From assembly GCA_024137785.1 (NCBI GenBank), contig JAHRHZ010000082.1:186001-250000 (forward strand): a stretch of 64,000 nucleotides of DNA, given 5' to 3'. Below the pieces are notes generated by a model. The model had not been told where the DNA came from, did not search any database, and saw nothing but the letters and a program-made list of their open reading frames with translations. Every line of letters starts with the position of its first letter. Positions within the stretch are counted from its first letter, which is position 1. A program made the position numbers and the translations under genes. Positions 37,625-50,130 of the stretch are shown piece by piece. The stretch is from Ginglymostoma cirratum. Taxonomy: Eukaryota.

Positions 37625-39580
37625 ATGTAGGAGCATACAAACTAAGAGAAGTAGACTTCATCCTGGTCTGCCATTCAATAAGATCATGGCTAATCTGTAT
37701 GTGGTTGGGATTCCACATTCTCATCTGTCCTGATAACCCATGATTCCCCTGCCTAACAGGATTCTATCCAACTTCCTTAACCATAAATTCAATACTGAGC
37801 CCCACCTCCTTCTGAGAAAGGGGGTTCCAAAGCCACAAACCCTCTGAAGGAAAAAAAACTCATCTCCACCCTCAAAGGGTGACCTCTGATTTTGAAACAG
37901 TGCCCCTAAGTTCTATACTGACCAATTAGTGGAAATATTCTTCCTACATCCACCCTGTCAGGACAATTCAGGATATATATCTCAATCAAGTCATGCCTCT
38001 CATCTAAATTCCAGTGGAAATAATCCTAGTGTGTCCAACCTATCCTCATAAGGCATTCTAGTCATTCTGGATATCAATTTAGTAAACCTCTTCTGATCTC
38101 CCTCCAGCATTTACATCCCTCCTTAAATAAGAGGACCAAATCTTCACACAATATTCGAGATGTGGTCTGCCCAATTCCCTGTATTACTGAAGCATTACAT
38201 CCTTATTTCAATGTTTAAATCCTTTCATAATAAAAGATAGCATCCCATTGGCCTTCTTAATTGTGTACGATATCTTAAGTACCAGAAAACCTAAATCCCT
38301 CTGCATCTTGGAATTCTGAAGCCATTCTCCACTTAAGTAATATTCTACTTTTTTTATTCTTCTGGCCAAAGTAAATGACTTCACATTTTTCCACATTATA
38401 CTCCAACTGCCATATATTTTTTTAAATTCACCCACCCTATCTATATTCCTGCAATTTAGCTATGCCTTCTTCGCAACATACTTTCTTAACTATCTTGGTG
38501 TTGTTTGTGAACCTCACTACTGTCCCCGGTCCCCTCATTTAAGTCATGGATGCACGTTGTAAGAAATTGAAGCCCCAGCAGAGATCACTATGGGACTCCA
38601 TTTGCCACATCTACCCAATCAGACAAAGACCCATTTATGCATAATGTCACTTCTCTGCCAACCAGCTAATCTTATAGCAAAGATCATTTCTCACTCCTAC
38701 ACCATGAACATTTACTTACCCACAATGACCTTTGATATGGCTCCTTGTCAAATACCTTAGAGTCATAGAGATTCTGGAAATTCAAGTGCAATACACTTAC
38801 AGGCTCCCATTTATCCATAGTATACATTACACCAGCAAAAAACTCCAATAACTTGGTTGAACATTAATTCCTTTTAATGAAACAATGCTGATTCTTCCCA
38901 ATTCTTGAGTTTTCTGAAGTGCACAGATATAACGAATGATCATTTTTAATGATTGATTCTATTACCTTCTCCATGACAGACATTAAGCTAAATGGGCTAT
39001 AGTTTCTTGTTTTCTTCATCCCTCCCTTCTTGAATAATTTGATAGCACCTTTCCTAAGTGTGGGGGTTTATGGAAAATTAACATCAATGCACCTCTTATC
39101 TCATTAGCAACGTCTTTTACAACCACAGTGTGAAGTTCATCTGGACTTGGAGATTTGTCAGCCTGCAGTTACAAGAGTTTGCGCAGTACCACTTCTCCGA
39201 TTGTAATGTCATTAATACCTCGCTCCTGACTATTAAGTTTTTGGAATGTTTCATTTTATATCCTCTGTAGAGAAGACAGGAGCAAAATACTTAGTCATTT
39301 CCTCCGTCATTTCCTTATTACCTATTAACTCCGAATTCACATTCTCCAGAGGACCAGCACTCACTTTCCTTGCTGTTTTCCTTTTCAAATACTATAGAAT
39401 CTCTAGCTATTTGTTTTTACATTTCTATCTAGTTTCCTGTCATCGTCTGATTTCTTTATCCTTATTAACACCCATTAGTCATGCTGTGCCATTCTTTGTA
39501 TTCTAAATAAAGTTCTGACTTGCCACTCATTCTTTCCACAACTATATGCTTTTTCCTTAAGTTTGATGTTTTTTAAGTTG
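37625..39580 (-). mobile_element. CR1 LINE, about 2 kb ORF2/3' fragment
   Basis: Minus ORF 38208-38435 EYYLSGEWLQNSKMQRDLG..IKKANGMLSFI; RT motifs further along; 3' tail near 37630-37700. Confidence 0.85.
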
Positions 39581-39699
39581 TATGGTTTCCCTAACCTCTG
39601 GCATTCTCTGAAGCCATTTGCTCATTGTGCGACCTTGATTCTGAGTTAGGGTGAACCAAAGCCATCCTAGATATTGGCTGCCCTGATCAGGTCATTTTT

Positions 39700-40450
39700 T
39701 TACGGTATATCATGAAAACTCATCAATCAGCCTAAGACCACCACTTTCAGTCCCAAAATGTGCCCTGTCTACCTCAGATTGAAGAATACCTCCAAAGTTT
39801 TAGGAACTGGTGATCCTAACATTTCCACACCACTACCAGACGGTAGCAACACAAATGGCTGCCATCAGGCCAACATTCCAAGGTCTTGTCTGTCGCATAA
39901 ATGAGTAACATGGCACTTGAACCTCAGTGCAGGGATGCTGTGTTTATAGACTACATGTCCCAAAGCCTAGCAGACCATATCAAAGAGCATGTGACCCCTT
40001 AATAGTTCATAACTGGCGAAATACTGACTGCACCCAACAAATCCATGCTTACAATACACAAAACAAAGTGTCCTGCATTACATGTGATTCCTTGATTGGA
40101 CAGCATTTGCTTGATAATCCCAAGTTTAATATGAAGTACACTAACAGCCAATTTAAGATTCTTAGTCTAGCTTGCAGTATGCTACATTTGCATGTAATTG
40201 ATGTTGCATATGTTAATACACAGAGTCCTGTTCTTTGCAGTCAGAAATAACATGTACACACGGTGTGCCTTTTTCAAATCATCAAAATAAGCAACTGTCA
40301 TTCAAAGTCCACCTGCCTGGTTTAAATGTGAAGAAACCTTGGCAAATAACTGTCAATCATCATATAACTGGTGCATTCTCCATGGCAACACTCTACCAAT
40401 CAGAGATAACTTGCCAACCAATAAGCACTCTTTTCTCATGTGTAAAAATA
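39700..40450 (+). mobile_element. Penelope-like element, GIY-YIG region and 3' UTR
   Basis: SQSLADHIKEHV followed by ORF 39927-40250 SLIGQHLLDNP...FKILS...PVLCSQK, typical PLE endonuclease end. Confidence 0.75.
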
Positions 40451-40505
40451 CAATTCTTGCATGGATTTATCAGAGGTTTGATTTGGAATCTCTTCACAAG
40501 TAACA

Positions 40506-40861
40506 TTTTTTTTATTCTTTATTCATTCACGGGATGAGGGCGTTGCTGGCTAGGCAGGAATTATTGCCCATCCCTAATTGCCCAGAGGACAGTTAGGAGT
40601 CAACCACATTGCTGTGGGTCTGGAGTCACATGTAGGCCAGACCAGGTAAGGATGGCAGTTTTCTTCCCTAAAGGACATCACTGAACGAGATGTGTTTTTC
40701 CAATAATCGACAATGGATTCACAGTCACTAATAGACTCTTATTTTAAGATATTTATTGAATTAAAATTCCACTGTCTGCCATGCAGGATTCGAACCTGGG
40801 TCCCCAGAATGTGATCGGGATTAACAGTCCAGCAATAATACCATGAGGCCATCCCCTCCCC
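40506..40861 (-). mobile_element. SacSINE1/DeuSINE-like SINE, near full length
   Basis: - strand tRNA-like head GGGGAGGGGATGGCC...CCAGGTTCGAATCC, Deu-like core, LINE-shared tail GGGATGGGCAATAA...GAATGAATAAAG and A-rich end. Confidence 0.85.
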
Positions 40862-41098
40862 TAGTTTCCAGTCATATCAAACTTTTGTTACCCAAAAAAT
40901 ATTGTTTTGATTGATTTTATGAGAAGATCCAGTGTGGAAAATGAGATAGTTATTCTTCAGTCCTTGCAAGTCATAATTGCAGAACCTCAAGTGCACAATA
41001 TAATTTAGAAGTGAATACAATCTGTTAGATTACTCACTGCTGAGCTAAACTGGATACTACCTTCAGTAACAGCAGAAAAGCTGGAAGTGTTCAACAAG

Positions 41099-41189
41099 AG
41101 ATAACAAGGTGTAGAGCTGGATGAACACAGCAGGCCAAGCAGCATCAGAGGAGCAGGAAGACTGACGTTTCGGGCCTAGATCCTCCTTC
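41099..41189 (-). mobile_element. 91-bp Penelope pLTR unit with 11-bp TSD, nested in another pLTR unit (~41070-41270)
   Basis: TGTTCAACAAG at 41088-41098 and 41190-41200; - strand starts GAAGGAGGATCTAGGCCCGAAACGTCAG. Confidence 0.8.
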
Positions 41190-41519
41190 TGTTCAACAAG
41201 TTTAGGCAGCATCAGTGATGGGAAAAAGAATTAACCTACAGGTTAATGACCTTTCATTGGATTTTGTCTTTCTCTCACAAAGTTGACACTGTTTTCAGTG
41301 ACATACTCCTCAGTCCTTGCAAGTGTCTTCTCACCTGCTCCCCACCTTTTACCTCGCCACCCTGTGCAAAATAAAAATCAGATGCTTCAATTCTTCCATT
41401 TGTTGATGTCTCTGAACAAAATACAATCACACAACTTAAAAGCGGAGTAAACTTAAACCAAAGAAAGGGAAACTAGGCCACATACAGAACGTGCAGTGCT
41501 TTGCATAGAAATAAGTGAA

Positions 41520-42030
41520 AAATAATAGATTAGCTAATTGGTGTGGTATATGTAAACATGGAGTGCAGAGATAGGGGAGCTGTAAAGTGTTTTATTTTTG
41601 TTATGGAGAATAAGCACGTCAACTATCCAATACTTACACATCTGTCAATGTCCAGACAGTGGGTATTTGCCTCTCGCTGGCTTTCTTACACAAATGTACC
41701 TTAAGAGTTAATTTCCTTTCCAGTGAAGTGTGAGGCGGGTGATTAAATGCGGGTGGTAGATGAGGTGGAATCCTGCTTGTGTCAGCAGTAGAGACGGATG
41801 GAAATTCCATTAGCAGAATATGATGGACAGCTTGGGCCTCTCAAATAATACACTCAATTAAAAATTGATTTTTCTGTAGACTTGTGATCATAATGCACTA
41901 CACTGAAACCTCTTAGCAGTACCAGCCTGTGCCAGATTGATATAAGGCAGCTGCAATCCTTTGCCATCACTCACCACGTTAGAAATAATTAACCTTTACC
42001 AGGCAAGGTTGAAAAATGGAAGTGTCAGTC
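41520..42030. promoter_or_regulatory. Candidate conserved non-coding element
   Basis: Non-repetitive; GCTAATTGG, TGTAAACA, GATTAAAT, CAATTAA, TAATTAA, several TGTCA; retained CpGs. Confidence 0.4.
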
Positions 42031-43045
42031 TTTTTAGATTGTATTTTTATTTACTGTGCCACCTTCCACTGATTTGAAAGTGCTGGTGTCCATTTTTTGT
42101 TGACTTCGACTGTATTTCAAAACTATCAACACAAGAAGCTTCCAAACAGCGTTCTCCTGACCAGCATATTCTGGTCTTTTATTGCTTTTTCAATAGTAGT
42201 GCCAATACAGTGTTCACATTCGGTCTGCACTTGGAAATAACTTTTTTGGAGGAATAACATGGAGTTTCAAATCCCATGTTTCCAAGTGGAAACTGGGTTC
42301 CGACTACCAGAGGGTGCATGACACCACATGGTGGCAGCGTTCTTGGTCTACTCTGATGGAGATTGACAATCCTAGCATTGCTGTGACTGGTACCCTTCTT
42401 CTTTCAGTTTGTTGATAAAATGTTGGGAACATTTTTCTTTATTGGAAAGGGACATTACCAATGGAGGGAGAAACCTTTGTTCCTTATGTGAAATAATATG
42501 GGAATTACAGTCCCTCTGAATGCATTTATAACGTTGCTACACATAATGACGCAAACAATTCTCCTTCCTGTATTAGTTGTTATACAATGTACAAGCCTTG
42601 ATTAACACAGGCTGTCTTTTGAATATATGCATGAAATAGAAGCCAATTTGAAACAACTATCTTGCTGTTCTCACTGTCTGTTAGAATTGATTTTGAACTT
42701 CCATTACAATTTCACTGCCTTGCAAAGAAGGAACATTCAAGTGTTGGATGTATGAGGTGAGAACAGTTGGATTAAATATTTATACAATGAATGGAGCCAA
42801 GCAATGCATGTTATATAATGTCATGTTCATGAGATATAAACAATACATCTAAACAGATACCACCCTTTTTTTGCTTCAAATGACTTAGAAAATCCTGAGG
42901 CTGATTGAGTGGATATTATATCTTGGATGGACATGACGGTGCCAGAGGTAGAATCTGGAACATACATATTTTTACAATGGAGGTTGGAGAAATTGACTGT
43001 TTTACCACTGTATGAGTTACAGCATAAAATTAAAGAGCTTTATCC

Positions 43046-43757
43046 TGTTATTGATAAGGCCAATTATATACTTTATCCTATATTAGGTTTAGAATAAAAA
43101 GATCTATCAACCTTCTAAAAAAATACAGGAAAGTGTGTTTTAATATAAAATCAGATTCATTCAACAAAAGTGCAAGACTGATTAATGCACAAACTGCAAT
43201 GAATTCACCCTTCCAGATAATTCTATATATGTATATATACCAACTGAAGAAAAAAGATCTTTGCAAATATTCATGTTGAAAAAAAAGCTTTGGCCAAATA
43301 ATCATTAGTTTTAAAGGGAAAAGGATAGAGTATGGAATATTCCAGATGCTTCCAGTCTGGCTTCCTTCCAGTTGTAGCAGGGTGTTACCAGACATAGTTA
43401 TCATGGTTGACACTGGAATCTTCACATGTTGTCTTCCAGGGGACTCAGAAATCGAGAAATCTTTCAGGGTTAAATAGCTTTTTTCGGTTTTTCAGTTATT
43501 GCATACAATCCTGAAAAAGATGTTTCAGAAAAGTGGCAAAGGGCTGAGCTGAGGCTTTCTCTCCTTCCAATCCAATTGAATTTCAAACAATATCAAAACA
43601 GGAACAGCTTCTGACAGCCATAAACTCAGACATGTAACTTCCTGCAGATCCAAGTAGTTAACTGGCTTCCAGTAATCCAAGGGCCACCAACCTGACTGTT
43701 ACATTGCTTAAAGCACATAATTTCCAAAAAGTGATTTTGAAAAAAAAGTATATTACA
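43046..43757. mobile_element. Probable solo LTR
   Basis: tgtta...attaca ends and composition like 54851-55473; TSD not clean. Confidence 0.4.
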
Positions 43758-43780
43758 GCGTCCTTTCATTTTGAAATAAC

Positions 43781-44003
43781 TGCACAGAGGTCAGAATCCC
43801 ATCACCAAGTCATGCTTTATTGATGTGTGCACCATACATGTACTGTGACTAGCACCCTTATAGCTCGTCCCGAGACTGTGGAGACCATCTGAATCTCCTG
43901 TTCACATCTGTCAGCCAGTGCTCCCTGATTGGCCCAGATTAACAACACCAATCAAGAATCCCATAGTCAATGAGATCCATCTGGCCCTGGTTCTATCAGT
44001 ACA
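43781..44003 (-). mobile_element. Probable short solo LTR
   Basis: TG...CA ends, AATAAA on - strand near the left end, CCAAT/ATTGG boxes; no TSD. Confidence 0.45.
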
Positions 44004-46299
44004 CATTTATCTGTTTAAAGAAAAACAGATTTGTGTATCTTCTCAGTACTGCAGGTGAACCAATTTTCCTCATCCTTCAGACATGAGTACACAAAAAGGA
44101 TCAATAATCCAAGTGCATTCATAACTATATATAAAAGAGTGAAAGAGAGAGAGAAGGGGTGCACCACATATACTTTTAAGCACCACATTTATTCTCTACC
44201 CTACTGGGATGGATTGGGTAGAAATTAATCTTTCTGGATGAGTGAAGAGATTTCAAAGTGGGGCTACAGCTTTGTGAAACACTGGAAAGAAACTAGGTGA
44301 GACTGGAGATGAAACAAAATCTGCGAGTCCACATTATTTGACGACTTTCTGGTTCCTAAGCATTTGAAAACATGCCTTTGAGTAAATTTCCCAGAATGAA
44401 TTCAATTTGGCAAGTAATACCTTGGAAATATTATTAGTGAGCTTTTGTTTCATGGGCCCAAGGAAAACTAATCTACCAGATTTGTGAGGGCATCTTAGAA
44501 GCAGTGTACAGTTCTATCTGAGGAAGATCTGATTCGGTTAACAGTGGTGTGATTTCAGCTGTTACTTAGTGACCTTCGTGTCACTGCCTTAACTTCTTGC
44601 ACCTCTACATTTTTAGGTGGTGTTTGCTATATTGGTATCAGGGAAATAATAGAAGACCTAGAACACAGATTATTGAAGGTCATGGGATCAACTAATTTAA
44701 GTTTATGCGTGTGGGCTTTATTGCATGATTAGAAATATATTGCTGGCCCAGTTCCACTGCAATGGCATCAATCATATATTGACTATCAAATCTGCAGTTA
44801 CTTTGCTCTGTTGTTACATGAGGCCCTAAATTTATAAATTACTTCAGTAAACATAAACTAATTTCATCATCACTTTCAGATTGGAAGAAGCAGAATATAG
44901 GTGAGTGGTGGTGGTGATAAAACTAATACTCAATTACCAGCTTTTTGGCAAGTTGCGTTGTGAGTTTTTTCAAAGGTAATCTTTGCAAATATTGATATCA
45001 GCTTATTGTATGTATTTTATCTCAAAATGCTGCATAAAAACCAGCACATTAGTCAATTAATGAGGGGTAAAATCAATTAACTTTTTGCACCTGCAAATTT
45101 AAAAAAAAAACACTGAATAGTTGTATCATATACACCACTAGGATTCTAAATTACACATTTGCTTCAGTTGCACTGTACACTATATTATTGTAGATTCCTT
45201 TCTAACTGGGAATGGGAAACAGCACCATACTATGAGAACGAAATGTGAAAGAATCTGATATTCAAAATCAACTCTGCAGCATGATGGGATTCATAGAAAA
45301 CTCATTCTTATGAACTTTCGTTAATGGAATTTCCTATCTTAATGCAATGGCTCATCCTGCACTCAGCCACCAATCAATCACTTCTTGCAATGCATATCAG
45401 AAAGGTTGATCCTCAACCTGTTCAGCTGAAAAGTCAAATGTTGAAGAATTCAACCCATGATTACCGGCATTATTGAACCAATAGCAATGTATTGTAAAAT
45501 TCCTAAAATATATCCTTTTCAAAAAAAAAAGTTTTGCATCTTCTCACATTTTGATTGTGCAATTTGGGCAGTGATTCTTCCATGTTTATAAGGTGATGTA
45601 TGAAACAGGTGGGATTACAGTTTAAGTTGAAAATTGGTGATAGGTTGCATACCCTGCTATCGTATGACCCTGATGTCATAGTAAAACCTTACTTGGAAGA
45701 CTATAATTTTCTCAGTAAGTGAGGTCTCTGACTTGATTCCTAGAGTTGTAGCCAAACTGTTGCAAATTGTAAATGAATTCTAGAACACAATGGAAATGAA
45801 CGCTTTGACTCCAGTGCCATTATCCTAATGTCTATCAGCAATCAGGCTCGGGTGAAGTCAATGGGCTTTGATAAGATTTATCAAATCTCTCTGCATGTTG
45901 ACTGCATTCTCTCACCAAGGCATTTCAGAACCTGCCCAAAGAGTTGGTCAGAATTGGGTTTCAGTGACAGCATTTTAGCCCCAACTTTAACTTGGTGCAA
46001 GTGTCACGTATGGAGCAAGGGATGAGTATGATGCCCTTTGCCAGCTTTTTGACAAGAAGTACATTTCCCATTTAAAGTCCCAGCTCCAGTATAAAGAGAA
46101 CCAACTGACTTCAGTCTCAGCAAGCACATCAGACTGATGGGCATCAATTGGCTAACTATGGCAGGAAAATCCAGCTGGCACCCGATGGAATAGTCTCCAG
46201 TGAGGTACAAGGGGACCACCAAGGAAACAGTTGCAGGAAGTCGACCCATTTCTGGGCCTGCTCATCGTCGGAGTGGCATTTCCCTTGGAAGAGGTCTCC

Positions 46300-46590
46300 C
46301 TTTTTAAAAAGGAGTAAGGAGAACTTATTTCTCTGAGAATCATTAGTTTTGGGAGTTCTTTTCCCCAGATGCATACTGTGTTGGCTAGGTCTTTTAAGTT
46401 ATACGAGACCAAGTTATAAAGGTTCTTGATAGAAAAGGAAGTCAAGAGTAATGGGTGGGTGGGTGATGGCCTGCAATTGCAGCTGAGAAAGTGGTGTTGA
46501 GACCATAACGAGGTCAGCAATTATGTCACCGAATGGCAGAGCAGACTCAGAGACAAATGGGCAATTCCTGTTCCTAAGTCTGTTTTTTTA
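46300..46590 (+). mobile_element. CR1 3' fragment
   Basis: aaggagaacttatttctctgag...gaatggcagagcagactc...ttcctgttccta tail. Confidence 0.7.
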
Positions 46591-46649
46591 TGTCCCATTG
46601 AAATTCGGACTTTTCAGTTGGTTTAGTAATAGAAATGTATATTGCATCA

Positions 46650-47600
46650 ATTTAATGTTGCCTTCCATTCAGATTTCTGTGCAAATATTCAACAGTTCAA
46701 TATACCATGCATCAGAGAGGATCTTTCCAACTTCCACTTCTCAGCTCGAATATTTTATTGCTGCAAACCATTTTACTTTGGAGACCAGTTTCCATAGCCA
46801 TTTGCTGTTCTTGTGACATCTCGATCTGTGATTCCTGTGATCGTTCATTTACATTTCACATTCACCTTCAAGCATTGGAAATACCATATGAAGTGTTTAT
46901 GTTGAGATAACTGACTATCAATTACATATACTGAATCAGTGTTTGTACGGATGCTTGGAACAATAACAGTCATTAGGGTTGGTTCTGGTCATTTTTTTTG
47001 TTGGACATTATTGATATCTAGATCATCATCTGTGAAGAGATAAAGATTTTGTTTTGTGACGAATGTCACAGCAATATAAGGAGTAACATAAATATTAGAT
47101 ATTGACAAGATGGTTAGTGCATGACAGAATGTGAATGTCATGGACATCTATATTGTTGTGATCGTCCATTATTAAATGTCATTATTCCAATGTCGATGTC
47201 CTTTAGGGCAAAACAGATGTCGAAAAGATTTTCACCAGTCACAGGGATAGAACTCAGTCTGTTGTCGTTCTGTCCACACATTCAAGCTAAACAGGTGTGA
47301 AATGTTCTTTCAAGCCTTTGTGTTTCCATCTATGAGTGATCTCCTGTGGCCCCTCCGGCCTATTGAACATAGAACAATCTCCTTTGGCTTCTGATAAAGC
47401 ATTGAGCATTTTTTGATCACTTCTCAGATGAGGCTGCCTTCAACTAGAGTCATCTTGACACAGACTATCCTCCTTTGCGAGAGCCATTTTGTTGACCTGC
47501 TAATCTTCCTTGTCTTCTAAAGCATTGCTAATCATTTTCTTTTCCATCCTCTCAGCTGGCATACTCAGACTGATTGGAGTCAAGTACCTTATTATTTGCT
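46650..47600 (-). mobile_element. Heavily decayed Gypsy-like gag-pol remnant
   Basis: Minus fragments YLNINT..YGISNA and GLQxNK (RT-like), and a knuckle-like C...RRGH near 47345-47370. Confidence 0.4.
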
Positions 47601-47949
47601 CACACAAAGAATAAATGCCATCAAAACTGTACATTACTTGGCTGGTTTAATATATTGCTGATGGTTAGCTAATTACATAGAATTTATATCACAGAAATAG
47701 ACCATTTTGTCCAACTTGTCCATAATGGTGTTTATACTCAACATGGCACTTCATATCACCATAGAATGTCAATCTAATCTTTCTTTTAATCTTTCTACAT
47801 AGCCTCCACTGAAATGCCCCTGTGCTATTCACCTTCTGTGTAATAGCAGTCCATTTTTCTTAATGTTATTCTATGTTTAAAAATATTTTTCCCCAGGTTC
47901 CCATATAAAGAAGCTAAATGTTTGAATTTATAGCAAACCTCTTGGTGAA

Positions 47950-48300
47950 AGTGACAAAGATAGAAATTGCTGGAAAAGCTCAGCAGGTCTGGCAGCATCT
48001 GCGTAGAGAAATCAGAGTTAACGTTTTGGGTTGAGTGACTCTTCCTCAGAACTGGAAGAACCGTGGATGCTGTAAATCAGAGACAAAAATAGAAATTGCT
48101 GGAAAAACTCAGCAGATCTGGCAGCATCAGTGAAGTGAAATCAGAGTTAATGTAAAGAACTGCAGAACTTCTGAGGAAGGGTCACTTGACCTGAAATATT
48201 AACTCTGATTTCTTTCCACAGATGCTGTCGGACCTGCTGAGTTTTTCCAGTGATTTCTATTTTTGTCACTGATTTACAGCATCCGCAGACCTTTTGGTTC
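47950..48300. mobile_element. Penelope pLTR trimer: two tandem - copies and one inverted + copy
   Basis: tagaaattgctggaaaa-ctcagcag repeated at ~47960 and ~48090; + copy from 48167 with CTGAGGA-A-GGGTC(actt)GACCT-GAAA-TAT-T-AACT. Confidence 0.82.
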
Positions 48301-48429
48301 TCTTGGTGTAAGTGTTTGTTTCCATGTATCTGCACATTGATTACCCCTTGTTGTTCAGTATAAAACCTCAATATCGGACTGATTTTTAAAAGTTATGCAT
48401 TGATATCAAGAAATTATAGGCTAAAGGCT

Positions 48430-48760
48430 ACAGCTAATTGGCCTGACAGATTCTAAATGGTAGTTTTACTTCTGTGGTCTATCAAAAAAGCTGGCAGTTC
48501 TTAAGATTTGATGTTGCCTGCAATTATGGTCTAAAAGTAAAACAAAACACTTTTATATGGTTTTTGTATGTTGCAGCGTAAGTAATTTACAATAACTGAT
48601 GACATCAGGCACTCCCTTGAAAGCCATACGTTCAGAAAGATGCGCCAAGTGTATTCATGTAAGAGCTGGGTTGTACAGAGGGCATTTAATGTGGTTTCTC
48701 TGCTGGACGAGTTGAATGCAATTGATGTCATAGTGCATCACGTAGCGTTACAATAAGTAG
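48430..48760. promoter_or_regulatory. Candidate conserved non-coding element
   Basis: GCTAATTGG, TGACAG, CAATTA, TGACATCA and TGATGTCA, retained CpGs; non-repetitive. Confidence 0.35.
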
Positions 48761-49269
48761 CACAGAATTAAAAATTTAAAATTTGTCTTTTAATATTCTT
48801 TATTCAATTCAGCTACACCTGATCATTTTGATAAGTCCTATTTTGGACCATTTCCATCAATTACTGGAGAGAAAAATGGTGGTTCAATCAAGCATTGAAA
48901 TTTGCCAGGAATAATGTGGCACTCTCATCAAATACCTTGCTCTTTTCATCAGCTGTGTTCTGTTGAATACACCCAGAGAGTGAAAGAATAGGAGTCTCTG
49001 ATGATTCGCCGTTTGGTTGTTGCAGTGGAATTACTGCACAAGCACCAAGTAAGTTTGTTTTTGTGCAAGTAGATGATTTGTGTATTGGCATGTGCCTGAT
49101 ATTTTGCGCAAGATTTGCACCACTTCAGGAAGAATTATGATCCAACATTACTCTTATCCTTGACTTCAGGTTTCAGCCTATAACAAGTTTTTTTTTTGCC
49201 CTGTTTTAAAATCTTCTCGTTACGTGTGATGCTAATAGTTTTGAAAGATTATACTCAGAGATTTGAAAT

Positions 49270-50130
49270 GAACAATAATTGCTCAATTTCCATCCCTTTA
49301 ATTAAGTTATTGTCAGTGCCCGACTGTGTACAAAAGTAAACTGTTTAATTGAGCTCTACAGCACTGTAAACACTGTCCAGTTGAATTTGTGTTGCTTTTA
49401 AGTACGCATGCTATCACCATTTGAAGCTTTGTTCTGCGCCATTATTGCTCTGAGCATCATTGTAAACATAGAATAATTGAATTGGCTTCCCACTCTGTGC
49501 AACAATCTGAACACAGCTTAATTGAAGCTCAGTTTCAGTCAGGACACCAATGAAGCCAGTGATTTACTCTGGGTAAGTTCATTAACATTACTTAATTGGA
49601 GCTCAATGCTACTCTGAATACCATTGCAAACAGAGCCTAAATGAAGATCTGTACCATTCAATGTATTAATATAAACACAAGCTTTATATTAATGAATTAT
49701 TTGCATCTAAAAATAAACTTATCGCGTGCGGTTGTCTTTTCATATTCCTTAATATAAGCCTTTTGTGGCAAAGGTGAACTTAATAAAGAGAAATTATTGT
49801 TTTCAGAGTTATTGTGGTGTTTTGAAGAATAGCCATATTAACTGAAATGCCATCCGAAGAAATGAATAGATATCAGGGGGCAGAATGTGATTTTTTTTTT
49901 GTAGTCCTGCTCAATAGCGTTAGTGCTGTGATGTATTGCATTAGTGTACTTTAACGACATGATTTTAAACAATTAATTCCTCCCTACTATTTGCGTTGGT
50001 GGAAGGTTATAATGCTTCAGGGGGAGTGGCAGAGAAGCTAAATCGCAATAAATGCAGTACGGCATGTATCACCAATGATATTTCAGTAAATTTTTCAATG
50101 TTGTGCCAGTGTACAGTACCAGTAAGGTCA
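49270..50130. promoter_or_regulatory. Strong candidate conserved enhancer
   Basis: TAATTG five times, TTAATTAA (49298), AACAAT (49271, 49501), TGTAAACA (49365, 49461), within a repeat-free block. Confidence 0.5.

Noticed and set aside
45693-45715. Resemblance to miR-7 5' end (tggaagacta)
   Set aside because: Match ends after 10 nt and there is no hairpin partner.
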